Shown here piece by piece: positions 1 through 9,046 of a stretch of 55,703 nt of DNA (the stretch's first letter is position 1; every line of letters starts with the position of its first letter). Made by a program: the position numbers and the translations under genes. The stretch is taken from contig JAQBYT010000026.1 of the NCBI GenBank assembly GCA_027622665.1, forward strand, positions 1-55,703, written 5' to 3'. The stretch comes from Verrucomicrobiota bacterium (lineage in GTDB: Bacteria > Verrucomicrobiota > Verrucomicrobiia > Opitutales > Seribacteraceae). The notes under the pieces were generated by a model. It was given only the letters and a program-made list of their open reading frames with translations. It did no database searches and had not been told where the DNA came from.

Positions 1-2
1 AG

Positions 3-3000
3 ATCGGTTCCGACGTCAACGCCACTTGGTTTTACGACGAGCGCATACGACTGGTCTCACTGACTAAGCTCGGCGGCGAGCAACCGAATCCGCAACCGAA
101 TCCGCAACCGGAACCTAACAAGGCTCCTAGGCTGCGGGAACCGTGGGTGAAACCGCAACAAGGCACTGCCGATACCTCCTTCGTATTTGAAGTCCTTTAC
201 CAAGATTCAGATGGTGACAACCCAGAACACGTAACCCTACGCCTCGACGAGGAAACGCTTTCACTTGAAAAGTCTGGCGATGGTCCGGAAGGCTCCACTT
301 GGTATCGCCGAGAAGTAAAGAACTTGGGAAACGGTCCACACAAATACTCTTTCATCACTTCGGATGGTGATAATATCGTAGACACAAACTGGAATGCCGG
401 CCCGTTCGTCGAGACCGCCCCCCCACCTGAACCCGAACCCGGCGTTGGGGGAAAAGGCGAAGAAGATGTACCCGAGTGGTTGGCAAAGGAATTAGAAGAA
501 GAAAAAGAATCTGAAAAACCACGTTTTGGTGTTGCGACTGGAAGAGTGCTGAACGATTTAGGCGAACCCGTAAGCGATGCTGAAATCGTGGCTCACACGC
601 CCGACCGCCTCCTATGGTTCGAAGGAAAGACCGGGGAGGCAGGTGTTTTTGAACTGGGCCACTTGGCTCCGGGCCAATGGATTCTGCGTGCCTTTCCGCC
701 CGCCAAGGAAAATGCTTCACGCACCGCCCGCGAATCGGCTGCCATCCAAGTGGAGATCGAAGCCGGGCAAACCGCTTCGACCGACCTAAGGCTTCGACAA
801 GCAAACCTCGTCGGACGCATACTCACGGAAACAGAGGACGGGAACAGGTCCGTGCATGATGCTAAGGTTTGGGTATTTCTCGACGCAAACGAAGACGGGG
901 AACCAGATGGTGGGACCAGCGAAGACACCGAGGGTTTCACCGAGACAGATAGACAAGGGAACTTCTCCTTTCTCCTTTCTCCCGGTCGATACGGCCTGTA
1001 CCTGAAACCACCAAGTGGTCTGCCGAGACAGAAGGAGCTCACCCATTTCACAATAGAAAACGAACAGGAGACTCCACGCGCATTGGAAATCTTTCTCGCC
1101 GCTCCCAAGCATTTGATTACAGGGACTGTCCTCGACCAATTTGAAACGCCCGTCTCTGGGGCCCAAGTCATCCTGTGGGGAGCCCGCAACAACGATTGGC
1201 GGCGAATAGGAGTAGATGCCAATGGTACATTCTCAGCTAAGGTAGGTCCAGGAGTGTGGGAAATTGCGGCCAAGCCGTTGCCTGAAGTCCGCGTGGATTG
1301 GTCCGACAAGAACGCCGAACAACGATTCAAACTCCCTGATGGTGGCGACAGTAAAACCGTAACGGTCGCTTTGGTCGTCGAACGGCGCGAGCAGGAGGGA
1401 ACCGTTACCGGCACCATTACGAAACCAAGCGGTTCCGCCGAATGGGGATCTGACGCCGGCTCGGTCTCCGTAGAGGTGTACTCAGCCTATGGTGATGGCG
1501 GTTGGGCACCCATCGCGGAAGATGGTTCTTTTTTCATCACCCTGGCACCCGGAGACTACACCGTCTCCGTATTCTCCAAGCCAAACCTCGGTTACGCCAA
1601 ACCGGAGCCCATCAATATTCGCGTGAAGTCGCGTGAAGTGGAAGACCTCGGAAACCTTGCTCTCGTTTCCCGATCGGGTTCCATCCAAGGCATTGTTTCT
1701 GACAATAATGGCACGGCTCTTCCAAACTTCCGAATCTTTGCATGGAACGGAACCGGTGCCCATGTCTCGACTGTCACGGGACTTGACGGTTCCTACGAAT
1801 TGGCCGTCCAACCGGGCCGATGGAAAGTAGGGTATGAAGTACCTGCCTCAAGCGACGGTTCCGCCTCGCCCTACCTAGAAGATGAACCTCGTAAGCTTCG
1901 CGTTGTACAGGGCGAAACCGCCGAGGTTTCCTTCCAAGTAGCTAAGGCTGCGAGTCCTATAAAAGGTTCAGTGGTCACGAGCGATGGGGCAACCGTCGTG
2001 GGAATTGAAGGTTGGGTCTACGCACGAAAGGTAAAAGAAGGTCTAAATGATGACTTTGACATAGTCGCCGAAGCTCGAGTGAACGAACGCGGACGGTTCG
2101 AAATGAGCCTCCCCGATGGTGAATTCCTCATCGGGATCTGGCTTCCTGACGACGCTCCCTATTCCATGATCGATGAAACACTGGTGCACTCCGATAGTTC
2201 GGAACTAACCATTAAACTCGAGGCAAACGACGCCACCATCTCGGGAACTCTAACCCTTGACGGTCAGCCTGCCTCCAACCTCGTCGGCGAGGTGTTCGCT
2301 GTGGCGACGGTTGGAAAAGAATGGGAAAGTACCTCTGTCAACAAGGACGGTTCCTTTGAGTTGCAGGTCGGTGCAGGGAAATGGGAGTTGCTATACAAAC
2401 TTGAACGCCTTCCGCATGACATGGCACCCATTGCTCTTCAACCTTCATTAAAGGAAGAGGATCTACTGCTTGTCGAAATCGAAAGCGGAGCTACAGCGAA
2501 TGTAGAGTTTCAGCTTGTGAAAATCGAAGGGACTATCACGGGAACGGTTGTGGACGACACAGGCACCCCAATCGCCGAAGGTGCGTATGTCTGGATCGAG
2601 CGAGTCGATGGGAAAAGTAAATTCTCCCGTGAAATCAAACTGAAGAACGGATCCTTCAGTACAGAAGCCCCCCTTAATGCCGAATTCGCTATAGGAGCTT
2701 ACATATCTCCTACCCTGCGGAAGGACGGTTACCTCGAACCAGTGGCTAAAACGGTAAAATTAACGGAATCAGCAACCGTGGAAATCCAACTGACTCTTGG
2801 TCGCAAAAAGGCTGAGGAATATCTATCCGGCATCGTGAAGTCCACAAACGGCGCTCCTCTCGCGAAGGCCTTTGTCTATGCGTGGTCTCCAGAGGGGCAA
2901 GCCGTCGAGGGTAAATCAGAGGCCAACGGCTCCTTTAAGCTCGAAGTGTCTACTGGCTCACATTGGTTCGTCGGAGCCGACTATGTGGACGAGGAGACTG

Positions 3001-4154
3001 GCTCCATCCTCGCAGTTCGAAAGGAAGCACTCATCGACTTGACTGAAAAGACTTCGCAGGACGGGCTCGAACTCGTACTGGAAGCACCCGAGTTCGTCGT
3101 TCCCGATGGTATCGTGGAAACCTTTGATCCGAGCAGAGACTTCACCGCAGTCCTGCCGGATGGTACGCAAATCTTTATCCCCGCCAACGCGGCAGTCGTA
3201 TCGGACGGGACAAAAAAGATTCACCTCTTAGCTGAGCCAATTGCAAGCGGCCTTTCGCGAAACGTAAACGAACAACCGCTCGACTACGGATACTCGATCG
3301 AACTCACGGATACCGACGGCAAAGAAATAGGTCATACCTTTAACAAGGATGTCCGTATTAGCATCGCCTACGACGCCACGGACCTAGAGCACGCGAACAT
3401 CAATAAAGACGATCTGGCCGTTTCCTTTTACTCAACGGACAAAGGCGCTTGGGAAAATGCATCCGCTACGATAGTCGAAGGACGCATCCACGCAAAAGTC
3501 GATCACTTCTCCCAGTGGGCAGCCACCGCCCCGAGCACGACGCCGGGCACAGTCCCCTCCACGAGCCCTCTCGCACAAGGACTCTCCGGCATAGAAGGCG
3601 CCAACGGTTGGTACCAGTCGGACTGGTTCGGCTACTTCAATGACGCCGGCAATGGTTGGACTTATCACGCCGACCACGGTTGGCTCTATCCCGCCGAAGA
3701 CGGAACCGGGAATTATTGGTTTTACATCCCAAATATCGGTTGGCTTTGGTCGGGACCCGACTTCTACGGAAATGCCGAAGGTCACACCTTCCTCTACTCA
3801 AATGACCTGCAATCGTGGCTCCATTACCAAACCGAGACAAACAACTTCCATGTTTATCAAGGCACAGGCTATCTAATAAACCATGCAGGCATCACCTCCG
3901 CCTCCGTTGACGCAACCACATCCGATGCTAAAGGAGGCACGGTCACGGGAAGTGGGATATACTCAATTAGCACCTCCCACGCCCTCACTGCCGAGGTCAA
4001 TCCGGGCTACAGGTTCACAGGATGGACTGATTCCGAAGGTAATAGTTTGGGTACTAACATAACCTTGGAAGTAAACGTTTCCGGCGACATCGCAATCACC
4101 GCAACTTTTATCAAACAAACAGAATCCGAAATTCTTGGCGGGATATTCGATTGA
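3..4154 (+). CDS. Giant secreted/surface protein, 5'-partial: tandem carboxypeptidase-regulatory-like (Cna-B/transthyretin-like) repeats, ZU5-like HFS domain, Trp-rich domain, InlB-B/Flg_new-like C-terminal repeat
   Basis: The frame is open from position 3 (IGSDVNATWF...), so the listed start at 147 is internal. About 8 repeats of type G.I.G.V.D..G.PV.GA.V......T...G.F...L.PG.W; VDHFSQW motif; WYQSDWFGYF..GWTYHADHGWLY segment; GGTVTGSG.Y...TAEVNPGYRFTGW repeat. Confidence 0.85.
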   Translation: MGSDVNATWFYDERIRLVSLTKLGGEQPNPQPNPQPEPNKAPRLREPWVKPQQGTADTSFVFEVLYQDSDGDNPEHVTLRLDEETLSLEKSGDGPEGSTWYRREVKNLGNGPHKYSFITSDGDNIVDTNWNAGPFVETAPPPEPEPGVGGKGEEDVPEWLAKELEEEKESEKPRFGVATGRVLNDLGEPVSDAEIVAHTPDRLLWFEGKTGEAGVFELGHLAPGQWILRAFPPAKENASRTARESAAIQVEIEAGQTASTDLRLRQANLVGRILTETEDGNRSVHDAKVWVFLDANEDGEPDGGTSEDTEGFTETDRQGNFSFLLSPGRYGLYLKPPSGLPRQKELTHFTIENEQETPRALEIFLAAPKHLITGTVLDQFETPVSGAQVILWGARNNDWRRIGVDANGTFSAKVGPGVWEIAAKPLPEVRVDWSDKNAEQRFKLPDGGDSKTVTVALVVERREQEGTVTGTITKPSGSAEWGSDAGSVSVEVYSAYGDGGWAPIAEDGSFFITLAPGDYTVSVFSKPNLGYAKPEPINIRVKSREVEDLGNLALVSRSGSIQGIVSDNNGTALPNFRIFAWNGTGAHVSTVTGLDGSYELAVQPGRWKVGYEVPASSDGSASPYLEDEPRKLRVVQGETAEVSFQVAKAASPIKGSVVTSDGATVVGIEGWVYARKVKEGLNDDFDIVAEARVNERGRFEMSLPDGEFLIGIWLPDDAPYSMIDETLVHSDSSELTIKLEANDATISGTLTLDGQPASNLVGEVFAVATVGKEWESTSVNKDGSFELQVGAGKWELLYKLERLPHDMAPIALQPSLKEEDLLLVEIESGATANVEFQLVKIEGTITGTVVDDTGTPIAEGAYVWIERVDGKSKFSREIKLKNGSFSTEAPLNAEFAIGAYISPTLRKDGYLEPVAKTVKLTESATVEIQLTLGRKKAEEYLSGIVKSTNGAPLAKAFVYAWSPEGQAVEGKSEANGSFKLEVSTGSHWFVGADYVDEETGSILAVRKEALIDLTEKTSQDGLELVLEAPEFVVPDGIVETFDPSRDFTAVLPDGTQIFIPANAAVVSDGTKKIHLLAEPIASGLSRNVNEQPLDYGYSIELTDTDGKEIGHTFNKDVRISIAYDATDLEHANINKDDLAVSFYSTDKGAWENASATIVEGRIHAKVDHFSQWAATAPSTTPGTVPSTSPLAQGLSGIEGANGWYQSDWFGYFNDAGNGWTYHADHGWLYPAEDGTGNYWFYIPNIGWLWSGPDFYGNAEGHTFLYSNDLQSWLHYQTETNNFHVYQGTGYLINHAGITSASVDATTSDAKGGTVTGSGIYSISTSHALTAEVNPGYRFTGWTDSEGNSLGTNITLEVNVSGDIAITATFIKQTESEILGGIFD
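81..110 (+). repeat. 12-bp tandem repeat CAACCGAATCCG x2.5 encoding a QPNP linker
   Basis: Read directly; in frame with the surface protein (QPNPQPNPQPEP). Confidence 0.9.
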
Positions 4155-4184
4155 AAATGGCTTCAGAAGCAAGACGATCGCGAC

Positions 4185-4213
4185 TTGCCTAGACCATAAC
4201 ATTCTCCTAATTT
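4185..4213 (+). promoter_or_regulatory. Putative sigma70-type promoter of the glutaredoxin gene
   Basis: TTGCCT (4185-4190), 17-nt spacer, TAATTT (4208-4213), 9 nt before the ATG at 4223. Confidence 0.45.
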
Positions 4214-4222
4214 AGAGAATAA

Positions 4223-4486
4223 ATGAGCAAACCGACTCTATATGTAAAGCAAGGGTGTCCGTGGTGTGTTGAGGCACTAGCCTATTTCAACGCGAAAGAT
4301 ATAGATTTAGAGATCGTAGACGTTCGAACAGAACCCAACCGAATGAAAGAACTCGTCGAGGTCAGCGGTCAAAGCATGACCCCCACTTTCAAACACGGAG
4401 ATTTCTTAGTAGCCGACTTCGACGTAGATGAATTTGAGGCGGCTCTGAATAAGAATCCTCAGGCGAGAGAAAAATTGCAGGTCTAA
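4223..4486 (+). CDS. Glutaredoxin family protein
   Basis: 87 aa; LYVKQGCPWC active-site motif and SGQSMTP cis-Pro motif. Confidence 0.9.
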   Translation: MSKPTLYVKQGCPWCVEALAYFNAKDIDLEIVDVRTEPNRMKELVEVSGQSMTPTFKHGDFLVADFDVDEFEAALNKNPQAREKLQV

Positions 4487-4570
4487 GGCCTCAATCGGCT
4501 TGATGTTATCACTGTCAAAGGAGTTGCGAAAGACTATTGAAGCTCAACTCGATCCGGATTCATCGCAAGA

Positions 4571-5755
4571 TCAAAGGCTAGAGCAAAATGAGACCAGACG
4601 TTCCAAGCCCTTCTCGATGATCACATCGGATGTGGCATAACTGAGTCTGACGTAACCTTCGGCTCCGAATGCATGGCCGGGCACAACAGCTACACTTCTC
4701 TCTTCCAGTAGCCGAGCAGAAAACTCTTCCGCCGAAAGACCGAGGGAAGATACGTTAGGGAAAAGGTAGAAGGCGGCTTGCGCTCGTTCACAAGTCACCC
4801 CCTCAATGGCGTTGAGTCCTTCAAGCAACTTAAGCCGACGGCGATCAAAATGTACCAGCATTTCCTGGACGGCAGCTCGTGACTCCTCGGGGCGTTCCAA
4901 GGCGGCAAGGGCGCCATACTGGGCAAAGGTAGTGGCGTTGGAAGTAGTTTGGCTCTGGAGGTCGGCTACGGCCTTAGCTACTGTCTCGTTGGCCACGAGG
5001 GTGCCGAGACGCCAACCCGTCATCGAATAAGTCTTGCTGAAGCCCGCCACCGTTATGACACGTTCGGCAGCCTCGGGTCCGAAAGAGGCCGGGCTATGGT
5101 GAGTGACTCCGTCGTAGAGAAGGTATTCGTAAATCTCATCGGACATGACGTAAAAATCGTTCTCTATCGCAACCTCTACGAGAGCTTGCATCTCCTCCTT
5201 TGAATAGATGGCTCCCGTAGGATTGGAAGGGCTGTTAAGGACAAGCATGCGAGTTCTTGGAGTAACTGCTGCGCGAAGTTGATCGGGAGTGACCTTAAAA
5301 CCCTGATCGTCTCCGGCGAAGATGAACTTCGGTTCCGCTCCGGCAAGCTTGACCATCTCGGGATAGCTCACCCAGTAAGGTGCGGGAACGATAACTTCAT
5401 CACCGGGGCTGCATGTCGCGAGGATCGCGAGGTAGCAGGAATATTTCCCACCGGGACTGACCACGACCTGCGCAGGTCGAACCTCTGCAAGGCCGTTTTC
5501 TTCTACGTATTTTTTAGCCAAAAGCTCACGTAGGGCCGGCAACCCTGCGGCGGGAGCGTACTTGGTCTTGCCGTCGGCGAGAGCCTTGGCACATGCTTCC
5601 TTGATGAATTCCGGGGTGTCGAAGTCGGGTTCGCCCGCCCCGAAACCGCAGACGTCTTCGCCTGCGGCCTTTAGTGCTTTAGCCTTGGCGTCTACTGCCA
5701 AGGTTGGTGAAGGCGAGACATTTAGCGCCCAAGTGGAAAGTGAATTGGTTTTCAT
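4571..5755 (-). CDS. aspC: PLP-dependent aminotransferase class I/II (aspartate aminotransferase type)
   Basis: [22 protein letters not shown] and [14 protein letters not shown] (PLP lysine) motifs. Confidence 0.85.
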   Translation of the reverse strand: MKTNSLSTWALNVSPSPTLAVDAKAKALKAAGEDVCGFGAGEPDFDTPEFIKEACAKALADGKTKYAPAAGLPALRELLAKKYVEENGLAEVRPAQVVVSPGGKYSCYLAILATCSPGDEVIVPAPYWVSYPEMVKLAGAEPKFIFAGDDQGFKVTPDQLRAAVTPRTRMLVLNSPSNPTGAIYSKEEMQALVEVAIENDFYVMSDEIYEYLLYDGVTHHSPASFGPEAAERVITVAGFSKTYSMTGWRLGTLVANETVAKAVADLQSQTTSNATTFAQYGALAALERPEESRAAVQEMLVHFDRRRLKLLEGLNAIEGVTCERAQAAFYLFPNVSSLGLSAEEFSARLLEERSVAVVPGHAFGAEGYVRLSYATSDVIIEKGLERLVSFCSSL

Positions 5756-5811
5756 ATAAAATTAATAGTTTTTAAAGGAGACAAGATAGCGGGCAAGCCG
5801 TTTTCACTTTA

Positions 5812-6723
5812 TCATTCAATGGATTGCAGTAATTCTTCGGACACCTTTGGCGTCTCGTCCAATCCGGCAGGCGTAAAGACCTCCCTGCCCAAGTCCAGAT
5901 CAGTTGCCGCCGCAGTAACGGTAAAACGTGTTCTTGCACTAGTGAGGGCATCGCGAAAGTCCAGAGTCTTGGCAATCCACGTCTCCCCGACCTTCTTCAG
6001 GCTGACGAGCCCGAAGGTCTTGTCGGGAACACCGCGACGACCGAAGAACTCGACCCGTAACGGAGCCTCATAGACATCGTCCAAAGCAAGACGAATCTTT
6101 TTCAAAGTAGGAACGGCTTCACTCGCCCATGCAGGCGGTGAAAACTCGAATAAGTGAGAAGGTCTGCCGATCACTCTACCCGATTTCTGATAACGAGCAT
6201 CCCAAAAAACGAAGGGCATCATGAGGTCAAAAAGCGTGTGCCCCATACCAGGCGCCAAGGGCTGGAACAAATCAGTATTTTCCAATTGCTTGGATCCATT
6301 GCCATCGAAAGCATTCATCCACGCCTCAGGTTCGGGACCATTACGCAAGAGGAATGCTTTCGCTTTTTGATCGGTATCGCCCATGAGATCGAGACGAATC
6401 AACCCATGACCAAAAGCCAAACCGCAAAGCGAACCTTCGCGGGTGGTCACTTCACCTCGTCTCGGATAATGCTCCAAGCGAAATCGCAAGAGAAAACCAT
6501 GATGGAAGGCCTCCGCGGAGGGGTTTAAGCCATGGAACTTACGGAAACGCTCCAATCGCTCGTTAGCTTTTTCTGGAGTGAGAATCTTGGCAAACCCTCG
6601 TGCGGGAAAATCCTTTAGTTGTGCCGATGCACCGGCAAGGGCTCCAAACAAAAAGGTTAAAAGTAAAAGCCTCCTAGAAAAAGTCAGTGAGCATGAAGGC
6701 ATTTCAATAAGCTTGGGAAACAT
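5812..6723 (-). CDS. Exported protein, probable outer-membrane lipoprotein-sorting (LolA-like) family
   Basis: Signal-peptide-like N-terminus; C-terminal PLRVEFFG..G...KT....LKKVGETWIAKTLDF.D....RT pattern typical of LolA-like proteins. Confidence 0.55.
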   Translation of the reverse strand: MFPKLIEMPSCSLTFSRRLLLLTFLFGALAGASAQLKDFPARGFAKILTPEKANERLERFRKFHGLNPSAEAFHHGFLLRFRLEHYPRRGEVTTREGSLCGLAFGHGLIRLDLMGDTDQKAKAFLLRNGPEPEAWMNAFDGNGSKQLENTDLFQPLAPGMGHTLFDLMMPFVFWDARYQKSGRVIGRPSHLFEFSPPAWASEAVPTLKKIRLALDDVYEAPLRVEFFGRRGVPDKTFGLVSLKKVGETWIAKTLDFRDALTSARTRFTVTAAATDLDLGREVFTPAGLDETPKVSEELLQSIE

Positions 6724-6782
6724 TACCGAATCGCTTTTTTATCGAGGATTAGCCTCGATGATCAATTGGAACTCAATTGGCT

Positions 6783-7247
6783 TTATCGGGGGGTGCCCGA
6801 TCCATTCCCCCCCGGAATCGAGGCGGGAGTTGAATTTACCTCGGGAACTGGTGTAGAAGCATTCGCTTCAGGTATAGCGGGTGGTGGTGGAGTATTGGGC
6901 AAAGGGTCGGTGTCGATCGGTTCGGGAATCGATGGCGTTTCGGCAGAGCCGAGACCCGTTGAAGAACTAGGGACTAATGCGGGCGAAGCTCCACCCGTTC
7001 GTTGCAAACCATCATCCTGTGCGTCCATCTGGTAAAGGACATAGAGCGAGAAAGACAGTATAAAGAAGCCCAAGACGCTCCAAACCGTCATCTTTGTTAA
7101 TTGGGCACCTGCACCTGCTCCCAGCACTTGGTCGGCGGCTCCACCGCCCAATGCGGAACCCATGCCGCCGGAGGTCCGTTGCAACATCACCAGAAGGATG
7201 ATCAACAGGCACAGAAGAATAAGAATGGTGGTAACAAAAACGATCAT
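6783..7247 (-). CDS. secG: Preprotein translocase subunit SecG with Pro-rich C-terminal tail
   Basis: TM1-LLVMLQ-GGMGSALGGG-LTKMT-TM2 architecture. Confidence 0.85.
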   Translation of the reverse strand: MIVFVTTILILLCLLIILLVMLQRTSGGMGSALGGGAADQVLGAGAGAQLTKMTVWSVLGFFILSFSLYVLYQMDAQDDGLQRTGGASPALVPSSSTGLGSAETPSIPEPIDTDPLPNTPPPPAIPEANASTPVPEVNSTPASIPGGNGSGTPR

Positions 7248-7310
7248 AGCTATAAGGTAGAAGAGAGTACTATGGCCCTCTTTTCAACAAAGGCAATCCT
7301 GTTTGAAGAC

Positions 7311-8291
7311 TTATGCGCCCAAGACCGAAACGATACGGCGGAGGTCATCCTCGTCCGCGAAAGGTATGATTAGCTTACCTTTGCCAGCCCCATTTGCGGT
7401 TACTTTTGTCTCTACACTGAGCCGAGAAGCGACCCGCTCTGCAATTTTACGAAACTCTGGATTCAAGTGAGAACCACTGGTTCGACGAAAAGTAGCCTTG
7501 TTTGAACCCGAACGCAATTCGACAACGGCAGCCTCGCATTGCCGCACGTTCCACCCTTCGCGAACGGCACGAGATCCAAGTTCGCCTCGAACCTCGATGT
7601 CCTCAACTCCCAAAAGCACCTTGGCATGACCTACGGAAAGCTTTCCGGACACCAAAAGATTCCTGAGAGCATCGTCGAGTTGAAGGAGGCGCATCATGTT
7701 GGTCACATAAGTCCTGCTCTTGCCCACTTTCTCAGCCACTTGGGCTTGGGTCAGGCTAAAATCGTTCACGAGAGACGAATAGCCAAAAGCTTCCTCAAGA
7801 GGATTGAGTCCTTCGCGCTGCAGGTTCTCAATTAGCGAGAGTGAAGCAGAAGAAAGATCCGTGGCTTCAACCAAACGCACGAGGATAGTGTCACGTCCAA
7901 GTTCCCGGTGGGCTCGCCATCGTCGTTCACCTGCAATAATCTCATAACCATCGCCGTTCTTGCGAGCCACGATAGGTTGCAACAGACCCTCGGACTTGAT
8001 ACTTGCGGCAAGCTCGCTCACCTTGGCGGGATCTAGGGTCTTGCGGGGTTGGTGAGGGTTGGGAACCAAGTGATCCAAGGGAACCTCAAGAATTTTTTCG
8101 GCACTATTATTTGCGACTAACGTATCGCTAAAAGGACCCTCGACAATTGTGGTCACCTCCTCGGGTACATCCTTGAGAGCAGAATGACCCGGCATTTCGG
8201 CCACGGGATCCATGGCGACCACCTGAGCACCGGCACCGCCCGCGATCAGGCTACCGAGACCGCGACCGAGACGAGAAGTTGATTTAGCCAT
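7311..8291 (-). CDS. parB: Chromosome partitioning protein ParB/Spo0J
   Basis: RLGRGLGSLI N-terminal peptide, PNPHQPRK, GLLQPI, IAGERRWRA, ENLQREGLNPLEEA and HTH. Confidence 0.95.
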   Translation of the reverse strand: MAKSTSRLGRGLGSLIAGGAGAQVVAMDPVAEMPGHSALKDVPEEVTTIVEGPFSDTLVANNSAEKILEVPLDHLVPNPHQPRKTLDPAKVSELAASIKSEGLLQPIVARKNGDGYEIIAGERRWRAHRELGRDTILVRLVEATDLSSASLSLIENLQREGLNPLEEAFGYSSLVNDFSLTQAQVAEKVGKSRTYVTNMMRLLQLDDALRNLLVSGKLSVGHAKVLLGVEDIEVRGELGSRAVREGWNVRQCEAAVVELRSGSNKATFRRTSGSHLNPEFRKIAERVASRLSVETKVTANGAGKGKLIIPFADEDDLRRIVSVLGA

Positions 8292-8303
8292 AATTGTTCT
8301 TTC

Positions 8304-8972
8304 TTAGCTTTGCGGGACAAAAAGTTCTTTTCCTATGTGAATTTTTTTCGGGTCGGAAATCCGATTGGCGGAAAGTATCCATGAAATCTTTGATTTATAC
8401 TTTTGGGCGATGCTGCTCACGGTTTCTCCTTTTCCCACAACATGCAGGAAACCCTTGTCCTTGGGGTAATCATCCGTAAATTGCACGGATGGCGACGATG
8501 CGATCGGCGGAGAACTCTCATTATATGCATCAAAACCAGCGTTCATTTGCTTAATCAGCTTTTGCAAACCTTCATCCACATGCCGCCGAAGAGCTTCCGC
8601 CCCTGTCTTGTTTTGTGCAATGTCTGCTCGCAAACTGCCTAATCTACCATCCATTTGCCGAGCAAACTCCTGTAGACTACCTGCGGAAACACCCTGAGTT
8701 TTACCCGCTTGCTCAGCAACTATGCGCAATTGAGCGTTCTCCCGTCTCAAGATTTCCACCTCACTGCGGAGATTGGCTACTTGCCTGGAGATCAACTCCA
8801 AGTCCTGACTAAGGTTGGCCAGACGAAGATTTGTGTCTGCCGCCCAAGAGGAAGAAAAGGCACCGACAAACAGAAAACCGGCGACTAGCATTAGCATTTG
8901 GAAGGAGAAAAACGACCAGCCTCGAGAAGCCCATCTCCCACCACGAAGAATTAACCAATTATTCATTACCAC
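8304..8972 (-). CDS. Exported coiled-coil protein with C-terminal LysM peptidoglycan-binding domain
   Basis: HVVGKGETVSSIAQKY...ILSANRISDPKKIHIGKELFVP is a LysM domain. The start may be the ATG at 8897, ahead of the signal peptide. Confidence 0.85.
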   Translation of the reverse strand: MVMNNWLILRGGRWASRGWSFFSFQMLMLVAGFLFVGAFSSSWAADTNLRLANLSQDLELISRQVANLRSEVEILRRENAQLRIVAEQAGKTQGVSAGSLQEFARQMDGRLGSLRADIAQNKTGAEALRRHVDEGLQKLIKQMNAGFDAYNESSPPIASSPSVQFTDDYPKDKGFLHVVGKGETVSSIAQKYKSKISWILSANRISDPKKIHIGKELFVPQS

Positions 8973-9046
8973 ACTCCAATATAATGATTACTATGATTTA
9001 ACGGATTTATGCAAGTTTACTTTTAAGAATTAGGGAAATCAAGGAC

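Noticed and set aside
127..3876. Many antisense and alternate-frame ORFs inside the surface protein gene (e.g. 593-1417, 274 aa) and inside other genes across the window
   Set aside because: They lie within well-supported genes and show no recognisable motifs; they are shadow ORFs.
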